DNA of 64,000 bases, taken from the NCBI GenBank assembly GCA_951406725.2, contig OX597826.1:36456001-36520000 (forward strand). The letters run 5' to 3'. How positions within the stretch are numbered: position 1 is the stretch's first letter; each line of letters opens with the position of its first letter. The notes beneath the pieces were generated by a model that had not been told where the DNA came from, did not search any database, and saw only the letters and a list, made by a program, of their open reading frames with translations. Made by a program: the position numbers and the translations under genes. This document shows positions 52,294 to 64,000 of this stretch, one piece after another. The stretch is from Octopus vulgaris. Taxonomy: Eukaryota.

Positions 52294-52505
52294 CGGGAAG
52301 CTTTATGAAAATAGACAAAAGACGAAGGCAGGAGGGAAAAAGAAACAAACAATTGTATTAGCATGGCGCTCAGGAAATATAAATAAAACAAGTCTTTAAC
52401 GTTTCGAGCCTACGCTCTTCAACAGAAAGATACACAGAGAGAAAAAAAACACAGAAAGAAGGAGAGAAAAAAATGCGTGCAGTAACTAACGAATCAACAT
52501 GGCGA
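52292..52505 (-). mobile_element. Short repeat family E, best-preserved copy
   Basis: Homologous to 35518-35672 and flanked by microsatellites. Confidence 0.75.
52393..52430 (-). ncRNA. Ultra-minimal HHR-like motif with variant core
   Basis: TCTTT CTGTTGAA GAGC GTAG GCTC GAAA CG TT^AAAGA. 5-bp stem I, 4-bp stem II, loopless palindromic AACGTT in place of stem III. Confidence 0.65.
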
Positions 52506-52543
52506 CACACACACATATATATACATAACTTATATATATATAT

Positions 52544-52606
<63 letters not shown>

Positions 52607-53131
52607 CATAGCTTTTAAATTACTGCTTATTATATCCACTCAGCAGACAGTGTCTGATTTCAGCTTAGGCTTTTTGTTGTCAGCACTTACCCAAGGTATT
52701 GCATAGGAAAATTGAACTGGGAACCACTTAGTTGGGAAGTGAACTTCTTAACAAATCAGCCATATATGGATATCTACTGCACAGGTTACATACATACTTA
52801 TATATACACATATCTTTATTTATATTTTATCATTTTACTTAGGCATAGAAATAATAACCTAATGTAGAGTTCAGTGTACATATGATTCAGAAGACACCAT
52901 CAGTTGAGTACAGAGCAGCAATAAGACATTTAAGTGACATGGCAATAGGAAATTGTGCTAGGAACTTCATCAGCTTACAGCTGTTTCTTCTATGAGATGC
53001 AATGCACACATAGTTATATGTGTACGTGTGCGTGAGCAGAAAGACAGATAGATAAATAGATATAGAAACCAGCATATAGATATAAGTATATTTGAATATA
53101 TATATATGCATACAGATGTATGTGCCTATGC

Positions 53132-53188
<57 letters not shown>

Positions 53189-54444
53189 TGTACGTGTATC
53201 AATGTATGTAATACTTATGTGTATTTATGAATGTGTCTATGCTAATATATATATGTATTGATATGTATGCGTGTACATATGCATGTTGATATAGGTATCT
53301 AAATATACGTATTCCTTTAATTTTGAAGAGTATGGATTCCATTTACAATATTAATTAATCTTAACGAGAAACTTCAGAAAACACACACACACACATACAC
53401 ACACATACATACATATAAACAAACTACAATAATTATCAAAACTACAAAAAATAAAACGAATATATAAAACATAATTATTTGTCAGTTTAACTTTACTAAA
53501 TAAAGACTTGAATAAAGCAATAACTAATTTAAAATGCTCGTTCCATGGAGACATAATTAGAATCCAAAGATTAGCAATTTGCAATATTTGAAAATCGAAT
53601 CAGTTCTTGTTTTTTCTTATAGAATTATTTTCCTAATTTTAGAATTATATTTGTTTCTTTTATATCCTATTTGTTTTATTGAATATCATACAAATAAATT
53701 AAATTTCTTTTTTGTTTTCTCTCTCTCTCTCAACTTTTCCTCTACATATATCAATGTGTTTGTTCTAAGTTTTCGTATGTGTGTTTCTCATAAATATGGC
53801 GTTTATATTTGCATTTGTTTATTTGATATTTTATTTTATTTTTAATATTGTAGCTTGATTTTGTTTGCTAATTATTAGGAAATTGTTTTGAGTTTGTCAG
53901 TATTATTATATTTTTTTGTCACTGTTTTATCTTCAGTTATGTATATATATATGTACGCATGTGTATATATGTATATATGCACACACACACATATTTGTAT
54001 ATCCAAAAATATATAATTATATGCTTGTATATATATATAATTTGTATGCATATATAATATTTATGATATATACATAAATGTACATATATATATATAATAT
54101 ATATTATACAGCATATACATCATATATACACAAATATTTATATATGGGTGTAGAAATACATGCATAGATGTATATACATATGTATGTTTATATATATATA
54201 TATATTTATTATATATATATATGTACACACACATATTATATATATATATACACATATAATATATATGATATATATATATATTAATTAATTAATAAACCAC
54301 AATACAAAGCTTTTAGATAATTTGAAATGTTATATAAGGTAAACCTTTTTGATAAAAATTCAATTTAACCTCTCCGGGAAAAGTAAACAAAAGATGCTAT
54401 ACCACAAATTTTTGTCTCTCTGTAGACATAGGATAAGGGGTTGT

Positions 54445-54483
54445 TCTGACTAGTTTCTTGTCTACTTAGACCTTCATCAGAGA
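54445..54483 (-). ncRNA. Minimal type I HHR, core intact, weak stems
   Basis: TCT CTGATGA AG GTCT AAGT AGAC AA GAAA CTAG TC^AGA, with palindromic ACTAGT. Confidence 0.6.
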
Positions 54484-55144
54484 TAGGATACCCATGCTCA
54501 ATCCGTGGAGTTATAGCTTATAGCTATTTTTAGTAAATATAAACTCTGAAACATTTAATCTTGTTTGTCTAATTTGTGTAATCCTGTATGAACTGACAGT
54601 ATAGTTGGTTAATTAATTAATTAATTAATTGTGTATGAGATACACTTTCAGTAATTGAAAATGTTATGTGTTTTACCGTTTTTGTCTTTGCCTTTATTTC
54701 TTCCATGTTTTATAAGCTCCGTGGTACAAAGCTCAAAGTATTTTAATCATTCCTGAAATAATCTCAGTTAATGATAGATTTTGTAAAGATATGTGTGTAT
54801 TTGTTTGTGTGCGGTGAAACGTTTGTTTCTCAACCACGTGGTTCTGGGTTCAGTTTCACTGTATGGTACCTTAGATAAGTGCCTTCTGCTAAAGTCCCTG
54901 GCAAATTAAAACCTTGTGAGTAGATTTGGCGACTGGAAACCGAAAGAAACCCATTGTATGTACATACACACATACATATACAGATATATATTTATATATA
55001 CACACATATATATCAGTTCAAACTGATATTGCTTGAAATAAGAATTAAAGACTTTTAATACTGTGAGACATGAACAATATATATATATATATACAAACAG
55101 GGGAGGTAATCACTCTGTGATCGTCTCTAGAATCACTAGACTAA

Positions 55145-55185
55145 ACTAGACTAGTTTCACCAATTTCATAGACATCATCAGTAGT
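55145..55185 (-). ncRNA. Minimal type I HHR, core intact, decayed stem II
   Basis: ACTA CTGATGA T GTC TATGAAATT GGT GAAA CTAG TC^TAGT. A local duplication of TAGTCTAGT follows. Confidence 0.6.
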
Positions 55186-55199
55186 GACTATATATTTAT

Positions 55200-55238
<39 letters not shown>

Positions 55239-55817
55239 CCAGGTAACCATTTACTTCCTCTAGAGCAAGATACCCCTTTCTGCCTCTCTATTTCTCTGTC
55301 ACCCTCTAATCATTCATCATCTGACACAAGATCTCTTCCTCCAATGCTCCCACCTTTCTCAAAATTCCTTGTTTTGCAAGTTACTTGGCGACCCTGCCAG
55401 TGCTGGTGCCATGTAAAAAGCATCCAGTCCACACCGTAAAGTAGTAGATTTGGTGACTGGAAGCCGAAAGAAGCCCATTGTATATACATACACACATACA
55501 TATATACATATATAGATATATATTTAAATATACACACATATATATTAGTTCAAACTGATATTGCTTGAAATAAGAGTTAAAGACTCTTAATACTGTTAAA
55601 AAACATCCACCTGTAAAAATCCTGCCAAAACTAACCTCACCTCTGTTGGTGCCACATAAAAAGCACTCTGTCCACTCTGTGGAGTGGTTGGTGTCAGGAA
55701 GAGATTCCAGCCATAAAAACCATACCAAAACAGCTCGGTAGCCTGCGGTAGTCTTCTAACTGACTAGCTCCTATCAACTGTCCTACCCATGCATGCATGA
55801 AAGACGGACATTAAACG

Positions 55818-55852
<35 letters not shown>

Positions 55853-55870
55853 GTATATACATATGTATAA

Positions 55871-55919
<49 letters not shown>

Positions 55920-55944
55920 AAGAGAGAGAGATACTTATAGTCTT

Positions 55945-56370
55945 TCTTTTATTCTTTTTCTTGTTTCAGTCATTTAACTGCGGACATGCTAGAACACTAT
56001 CTTTAGTCGAGCAAATCAACCCTTATTTTTTGTAAGCCTAGTACTTATTCTATCGGCCTATTTTGTCGAACTACTAAGTTACAGGTACATAAACGCACCG
56101 ACATCAATTGTCAAACGATGGTATAGGAACAAACACAGACACAAACATATACATACAAATGCACACACAGGCACACACACACACACTCGCATGTACACGC
56201 ACGCACGCACATACTCACACACATATATACGACGGGCTTCTTTCAGTTTCCATCTACCATATCCACTCACAAGGCTTTGGGCAGCCCGAGGCTATAGTAG
56301 AAGACATTTGCCCAAGGTGTCACGCAGTGGGACTGAACTCGGAACCATGTGGTTGGTAAGCAAGCTACTT
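55945..56370 (-). mobile_element. SINE family A, head split by an insertion of about 130 bp
   Basis: Reverse complement of family A. AAGCTACTT occurs at about 56362 and again at about 56520, where the head resumes (CTTACCATACATCCACTCC). Confidence 0.75.
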
Positions 56371-56551
56371 TATTTCATTATATTTGCCATAAAGGCAGTA
56401 CATAGAGTAGTAGCTTTGCGGGCTGGACAAGGACATTAATGAAATGAATGATAACGAAGCAAAGATAAGGATGGGAGAAGACAAAAAGCGCCCGCCGACT
56501 TTTGCTTCTCTAACCACACAAGCTACTTACCATACATCCACTCCCACATCG

Positions 56552-56585
<34 letters not shown>

Positions 56586-56591
56586 GTATAT

Positions 56592-56635
<44 letters not shown>

Positions 56636-56641
<6 letters not shown>

Positions 56642-56820
56642 GTAAATGTGACAATTATTCAGTGACCATGATAAAACTCCAAGTTTCAGATGCCTGGGTG
56701 GAAACTCGGAGTTTTAACATGGCTACCGAATAATTGTCACATTACATTTACAGATAAATTCCTCTATTTGCATAATATCGAGTTCTCTTTCATTCTTTTG
56801 TTGTCTTACCATTTTTATCA
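56636..56820. mobile_element. Foldback Penelope-associated fragment with mirrored HHR 3' halves
   Basis: TCTGTAAATGTGACAATTATTC..AAAACTCCAAGTTTC is mirrored by GAAACTCGGAGTTTT..GAATAATTGTCACATT..TTTACAGA. Same family as 283-380. Confidence 0.7.
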
Positions 56821-56821
56821 G

Positions 56822-56855
<34 letters not shown>

Positions 56856-56862
56856 CACACAC

Positions 56863-56912
<50 letters not shown>

Positions 56913-57072
56913 CACACACATATATACATGTCTATCTTTTTATATCTGTATTTCGTATTTTGATTCTATTAATGTTTTTTTTGTTTTGTCTGTAAACTGT
57001 TGAAAAGAGACACTGCTTTTGGTATGCATTCTCACCCTGAAATGACAGTAGGATCTAACAAAGACCTTAAGC

Positions 57073-57180
57073 AATCACCTGAAGAGGTGCAGTTTACACC
57101 TTGGAGAGATGATAATGATTGCACAACATCTCACCAATATATTATGGGCGTAAAAATTCGTCAAAACAATTGTAGTCATT
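57073..57180 (+). ncRNA. Degenerate type I HHR with long stem II
   Basis: AATCAC CTGAAGA GGTG..TTTACACC..GAGATG..CATCTC..GGCGTAAA..CGTC AAAA C AATT G TA^GTCATT. Confidence 0.55.
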
Positions 57181-57392
57181 TTGAATAAAGATTGTCATTC
57201 ATTCCATTTTCTACCATTTATCGCTTCATATAAATTCTATGGATACTATGGATACTATGGAATTCCTGATGTAAATCTAGTAGCAGGATCATTTCCATTG
57301 TGTAATGACATCAGGTAACCAATAACTGTGGATGTGCTTTGCAGAGCATTAATACAAAGATTTTATGTGAATTTAAACAATGCATACACACA

Positions 57393-57436
<44 letters not shown>

Positions 57437-58219
57437 GGGTAATACATGATAAAAGGTGGGAAGAAATGTAATTTGTCCACTTTCATTTACTCATTTCCAC
57501 TAATTTCTGATTGTGCGTATCTTCCAAAGTAATTCCAATCTGAAATACTTTAAAGGTTCTGAAGAGAATGGTTTGGTAGATGACTGTTCCATAAATCTGC
57601 TGATTAATTGATCAATTAATGCATCAATTAAACATGCAAAGCGCAGTGTCTAATAAATACAACTCACTGAATCATCTGAATCGCAGGTAAGCAAGCAAAG
57701 TATTGTATTCTTAAATCTTTATTTCATTAAGGATATCCTCTGTGATCAATATACCAAAATTACTAATTGGTAATGAACAATTTGCACCTGTCACATGGTA
57801 TAATTAACTTGTATGGATTGTTATTATCTTTATTGGACATCCTATTCTTCATCTTCTTCTACACCATTCATGGACGTCAACTTGAGAGCATGGTATATTT
57901 TTCATTGCAGTTCTCATGGCTATGGTCTTCGTCCAGCTGCATAGATTTCGCCTGTCCATTGCTGCAATGTTTTAACGAGGGACCACTTGTATGAATGGTC
58001 ATGGGAAACCAATGAGTTCATCTGTCCGTTGAGTGATCTCCTCACATAACAAACCAGATAGGGAATTACACAAAAGACACTGATAAAATATATACCAGGC
58101 TTACATTGAATAAGTCCAGGAGTTGATTTTTTTCAACTAAAGGCGGTGCTCCAGCATGGGTTCAGTCAAATGACTGAAACAAGTAAAAGGAAATATATAT
58201 ATATATATATATATATATA

Positions 58220-58624
58220 TCATCATCGTTTAACGTCCGTTTTCCGGGCTAGCACGGGTTGGACGGTTTGACCGGGATCTGGGAAGCCAGGAGGCTGCAC
58301 CAGGCTCCAGTCTGATCTGGCAGTGTTTCTACAGCTGGATGCCCTTCCTAACGCCAACCACTCCGTGAGTGTTGTGGGTGCCTTTTACGTATATATATAT
58401 TAATATATATATGTAAATATGTATATATATATCATCATCATCATCATTTAACATCCATTTTCCATGCTAGCATGGGTTCGACGGTTTGACCGGGGTCTGG
58501 TAAGCCATAGAGGCTGCACCAGGCTCTAGTCTGATTTGGCAGTGTTTCTACAGCTGGATGCCATTCCTAACGCCAACCACTCCGTGAGTGTAGTGGGTGT
58601 TTTGTACGTGCCACCGGCACAGGA

Positions 58625-58628
<4 letters not shown>
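58220..58628 (-). mobile_element. Two tandem 3' portions of the Meta-like SINE
   Basis: CATCATCGTTTAACGTCCG..GGATGCCCTTCCTAACGCCAACCACTCCG at 58220-58390, repeated at 58432-58628. Confidence 0.85.
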
Positions 58629-58681
<53 letters not shown>

Positions 58682-58684
<3 letters not shown>

Positions 58685-59037
58685 TAATAAAGGATAAAAT
58701 TTTTCGAAAAAATTCTCTCAATGGCCAGCATATTAAAAAATACCTTTAATGGTTAAATTTATAAACAACTTATAAACAAGGGCAAAAGAAAAAATATTAT
58801 AATACCAAATATGTCGAGAACAGACTTAAATCGTCAATAACCATATAATTAATCACTAGAAGCACGCGTCTCGAAGTAAGCGGACAGAAATTTCTAAAAA
58901 ATTCCGTTATTATCGTATCTTCCATGGGCATAAATAAGCATTTCATTTATTTCTTGCTGTATCGCTGACGAGGAGAAAATTCTTATGAATTAACTCTGAA
59001 ATCAGGGCCGATACGATAATAATAGAATTTTTTAGAA
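58682..59037. mobile_element. Penelope-associated element with inverted arm and degenerate HHR (58959-59014, plus)
   Basis: GTATCG CTGACGA GGAG..CTCT GAAA TCAGG GC CGATAC (U16.1 lost). 58892-58919 is an inverted copy of 59010-59037. Confidence 0.7.
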
Positions 59038-59048
59038 TATAGAATATG

Positions 59049-59125
<77 letters not shown>

Positions 59126-59457
59126 GGTTGCTTAAGGGTCACAATACACGTCTTTGGATGCTAGTAGCAATTTATGTCATGGTATGAATACCACATCGAT
59201 TAAAAACTACTAGTAGTGCCCGAAGAGATGTATTGTAACCCTTAAACAACAATATTTGATTCTCACCAGATGGAGTACACTCCTTGTTGAATTATACCAC
59301 AGATCAATACATACATACATATATATATATATTTTATATATGTATACATTCATACACACACACACACATATATATATATGTGTGTGTATGTGTGTATGTA
59401 TGTATGTATGTATGTATAAATATACATATATATACACATATATATACATATATATAC

Positions 59458-59519
<62 letters not shown>

Positions 59520-59609
59520 ACATATATATATACATATATATACATATATATATATACATATATATATACATATATATATATATATACATATATATTTATA
59601 TATATATGC

Positions 59610-59679
<70 letters not shown>

Positions 59680-60133
59680 ATATCATTTTTAGGTTATCTC
59701 TATAGATCTTCTGTCAAACTTACAGCCAACACTGTAGAGTGCAGACGTTAAATTCTATAGAAAATCTTTAGACACAACTTAAAAGTGCTTGTATCAGACT
59801 GTCAACGCAAAAGTAGGACACAATATTTTCTTATGAAACTTTAATAAACTTGTTAGTTTATAATGATTACAAAACGAAATACTATGTCCTGACCAGCAAT
59901 TTATATTAATTAGAATTATGAAATTAGAATACGTATAGATCACTTGTATGAACTGAATGGTGAAAAAATTCATACACATACAAATATTATATATAGTTGC
60001 AGGAGTGGCTGTGTGGTAAATAGCTTGCTTACCAACCTCATGGTTCCGGGTTCAATCCCACGGCATGGCACCTTGGGCTGCAGTCAAATTACTAAAACAA
60101 GTAAAAGAATAAAACAATACACAAAATATAAAT

Positions 60134-60448
60134 GTGCACGGCTCAGTGGTTAGAGCTCCGGGCTCACAATTGTGAGGTTGTGAGTTCAATTCCCAGCCTG
60201 GCCTGTGTGTTTTGTTCTTGAGCAAGACACTTTATTTCACGTTACTCCAGTTCACTCAGCTGTAGAAAGGAGTTGTGATGTCACTGGTGCCAAGCAGCAT
60301 TGGACCTTTTGCCTTTCCGTTTTAATAACATTGGTGGCGTGGCGAGGAGAGGCTGGTATGTATAGGCAACCTTGTCTGGACTTGTGCTTTGGAAGGGAAC
60401 TTCCAAGGTGCAATCCCATGGTCATTCATGACTGAATGGGGTCTCCTA
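60134..60448 (+). mobile_element. tRNA-derived SINE (family D)
   Basis: GGCTCAGTGGTTAGAGC..GAGGTTGTGAGTTCAATTCCC, homologous to 15758-16088. Confidence 0.8.
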
Positions 60449-61666
60449 TATAATCAGATATTAACTTGCATAATGTCCTAATGTGCCATAATGTGTGTGT
60501 TTAAGTGCGTGTGACCATTCATGCACTTAAATGTGCATGTGTTCATGTGTATGTGTGTGTATATACTTACGTGTGTCTGTTTGAGTTTGTGTGACTCTGC
60601 ATGTGTGTGTGCATGTGTATGCATGTGTGTGTGTGTGTGCTCATATGCATGCATGTGTGTGAGTAGCAATATAAGACTTAGACACTCAACAGAATATTTT
60701 TCAATCTTCCAACCAAAATAATATTCATTGAAGATGTTTCATAATTTCTCTTAAACCAAGACAACATAAGGGCGTCTTTCAATTTTTGTCTACCAAATCT
60801 ACTCACAAACTTTGGTCAATCGACTGCTATAGTAGAAGACACTTGCCCAAGATTCCACACAGTAGGACAGAACCCAGAACCACATGGTTGGGAAACGAAC
60901 TTCTTACCCCACACTCATTACAGAATAGAATTCTTTGACTGAATATTGCTAGTTTTATTACTACGTGATTTAGTTCCTTAGTTAAAGTTATTTACATCAC
61001 AATACCCGATCACGCAAATACCACAGCAAGTAGAATAAGATAAAAGGTGATAATAGATAACTCCAGGTTATCTATAATGAAAATATAAAAATGAAAAAAA
61101 GTAAGCTATAAAATTCCTGACACGTCTTTTAAATGAAAGATATCTACTAACAAAACATCACTGTTCTCTTTCATAACAAACTTCTCTGATCGTTCTCATC
61201 TTATATACATTGTGAGCCTGTGTCTGGCAGTTGCATTTTCTCCAAGAAAATTATCACCAGTTTATGCGTGTTTCTCTGTGACTGTGTGAGTGTGAGTGTG
61301 TGTGAGAATGTGTGTGTGTAAGTCTATATGTATGTGAGTGTGTGTATACACATACTGTCACAAATAGACCCCACGTAGTCTTTCCAACACCACCTGAAGG
61401 CAAGGGTGACCACAGAAACACACCTTTATTGTATAAGTACAAAACAGAGAGGTAAAAGTACATTTATTTTCTTTATGTGGTGTGTTTCAGAAATTGGTTG
61501 TTTTAATTTGATTTTATTTCCTTATATCGTTGCCTAGAGTAATTCATAATTATTTTTGATTATTCATTGAGGTCTTTCAGTGAATAATTATTTAAGATGT
61601 ACTCGCTGGAGTTCAAGAGATGTTTATTATTGCATAGCTACATACTTAGATATATACATATATATA

Positions 61667-61728
<62 letters not shown>

Positions 61729-62449
61729 TGTATGTATGTATGTATGTATGTATGTATGTATGTATGCATGCATGTATGTATGTATGTATGTATGCATGCA
61801 TGTATGTATGTATGTATGTATGTATGTATGTATGTATGTATGTGTGTATGTTTGTATGTATGTATATGGGTGTATGTCAGTGTGTGAAAGCCTTATAGCC
61901 ATATAGATAGGTGTGTGTGTGTATGTGTGTGTGTGTGTGTGTGTTAGTGTTTTGCAGTATGTTTTGCAGGCATGGTTTTCTTTAAGAATATGATGCTGAA
62001 AATTCTATCTTAAAGATGCAAAGAAGGAAGAATAATGGAACGTAATTTTATTAAAAAAAAGTTAATTATTCATAAACAACAAAAATATATAAATAAATGA
62101 AATGGGAAAAAATTAATATTGAACATCATCAGTGACCAGAATTTGTTCCAATAACAAAGTATTATTGACGTTGTGGTTGGAATAACTTCTGTTATTATAA
62201 TCATAATAATGTTTTGGTAGAACCAATAGAATAAATAGCAGTTAAAATGTCTCGTAGTGTTATTTCCAGCGGTTTATATTCTGAGCTCAAATCTCACTGA
62301 GGTCAACTTTAATTTTGATCCTTCTGGGATCGATAAAATAAAGTGTCAGTAAAGTAAAAAGGGTCAGTTCCAGTGACCAACTCCTTTTCACATATTGGTG
62401 AGCTGCTGCCAATATAAAACTTTAATTATAATGATAGTAATAACGGGCT

Positions 62450-62760
62450 GGCAGCTTTGCTCAAATGAAAGACTGCAGCTGCACTACTATGGACATCTGG
62501 TAAAAATGTCTCGAAAGAGAATTGTTGGTTAGGTTTTGGGTGGATGGGTGGATGGGTGGGGGGGGGGCATGGCTGGGAGACTCAGGAGTAGACCATGAGC
62601 AAGATGGTTGGATAGCATCCATGGGCTCAGCAAGTCTTGCTTCAGGTTCCAGCTGGATCAAATAAAGATGCTTACTTGTGACATGATCTGATGGAAAGAA
62701 TGTCTGAGAACTCTGTCTCTACGTTCTCCCAAGGATTAAGTGGGCAAAGAAGATGAGATG
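62450..62760 (+). mobile_element. RTE-like LINE 3' fragment
   Basis: ERLQLHYYGHLVKM..GRLRSRP*ARWLDSI, a degenerate L.W.GH..RM..GRP..RW.D motif. Confidence 0.55.
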
Positions 62761-63135
62761 GTGGGTTGGCAAAATTATTAAAGTATCACAAGAAATGACA
62801 TGACATGTTTGTTCTAATTGTTTATATTCTAAGTTCAAATTATATTGGAGATAACTTTCCTTTCGTCTTCAATGAGATCAATGAAATAAGTAACATGCAG
62901 ATATAAGGGGCACTTGAATCAGCAAAACCCTGCCCATAAATTTATGGCCTCCTACCTATGTAAGAAATTATTATTGGTATACTGGTTAGGTCATTAGAGT
63001 ATTGGTTAAAATGCTTTGCAGTATTTCTTCTGAGTCTTTATGGTTTTTGAGTTCAAACCCAGTTGAGGTCATCTTTGCTTTTCATTTTGGAGTTTGATAA
63101 AGTAAAACATTAAGTACTGAATTGGGATGGATGGT

Positions 63136-63215
63136 ATCAGGAAATAAAATAGTCTTTTATGTTTCAAGTCTACGCTCTTCCACAGAAACGAACACAGAAA
63201 GAAACAAGGAGACAA
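63136..63215 (-). mobile_element. Short repeat family E fragment with HHR-like motif at 63153-63190
   Basis: TTT CTGTGGAA GAGC GTAG ACTT GAAA CA TA^AAAGA. Confidence 0.6.
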
Positions 63216-64000
63216 ACACACACACACACGTTTGGTCACATAGATATCTGCAGAGTTTTAGCTATTAGTTTCCAGTATCTTGGCCAGAAATATAAAATGT
63301 GTAACAATTTCTAAATGCAAAATAATTTCTTAAAAAGCGAAAAAAAAATATCAAGAGATACTTCAGCTGAAGATGAAAAAGTTGTAAACAGAATCAGATG
63401 AAAGATCCATAAACTCATTCAGCTTATTCTTTTGTGCAGCAGACTGAAATTAAATGAAGCTTCCATTTCTTCTCAGGAACCCAAATACCAACTGATATTT
63501 TATCATTGGTTGGTAACAGGCAGAAAATAAATAAAAAAAAGCAACGTTAAACACATCCAATAAATATTACAGTTAGTATAATGATTGTTGTTGTTGTTGT
63601 TGTCATCGTTACTGTTGCTGTTATTATTTCTTACTGTGATGGTATATGTTGAATGGTTTATTATTATTATTTTTTTTATTTCTAGAACAATTATGTTTTT
63701 TCTTTCTATCCATTCTTTTTTTTTTTTTTTTCAGGATAATGTTCTATTTACTATTTATCCATCGGTGAAGTCAATAGTCAATGCTGAAATTGAGAATATC
63801 TTATAAATACAGGCATATACATCATCATCATCATCATCATCATCATCATTGTTTATGTGCACACTGATAAAAGTAAAGCCACTATGTTGGCTAGTCACAT
63901 ATGGGGTTTGAAAACCAACTGCACACCATGTACAATCAAATAGAGAATTGTAGAAAAATCCATGTCATATGTAAATGGATCTGAGAAATGCAACTTATGT

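Noticed and set aside
52960-52992. Minus-strand GAAACAGCTGTAAGCTGATGA as a type II HHR
   Set aside because: Only 2 nt lie between the cut site and CUGAUGA, leaving no room for stem I. Probably a type I half next to a chance motif.
57634-63806. Plus-strand donor CAG|GTAAGC (about 57686) and acceptor (T)nCAG (about 63734) as a gene
   Set aside because: The joined frame is short with no recognisable product, and isolated splice-like motifs are common.

Overview
AT-rich, microsatellite-saturated eukaryotic DNA. The SINE families resemble those I recall from octopus/cephalopod genomes; that assignment is inference. Almost all ORFs in the supplied track are microsatellite artefacts. Supported content: many tRNA-derived SINE copies of several families, three mariner transposase fragments, RTE-like LINE 3' fragments, a non-autonomous Helitron-like element, and a 5'-truncated Penelope-like retroelement (RT C-terminus plus GIY-YIG endonuclease, about 47312-50070). 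Collinear degenerate minus-strand segments resemble a voltage-gated Na+-channel-like gene or pseudogene (tentative). The main hidden signal is a dense, diverse population of hammerhead ribozyme (HHR) motifs in short Penelope-associated elements, mostly inserted in (TA)n tracts. Two type I HHRs look intact (30671-30743 minus, inside a 429-bp monomer with a 54-bp terminal redundancy; 49127-49219 plus). A four-copy family has a non-canonical CUGUNGAA core. One motif (31291-31350 minus) has its three HHR strands in an order matching none of types I/II/III, with partial echoes in two other repeat families. All folds were read by eye and none was computed or tested.
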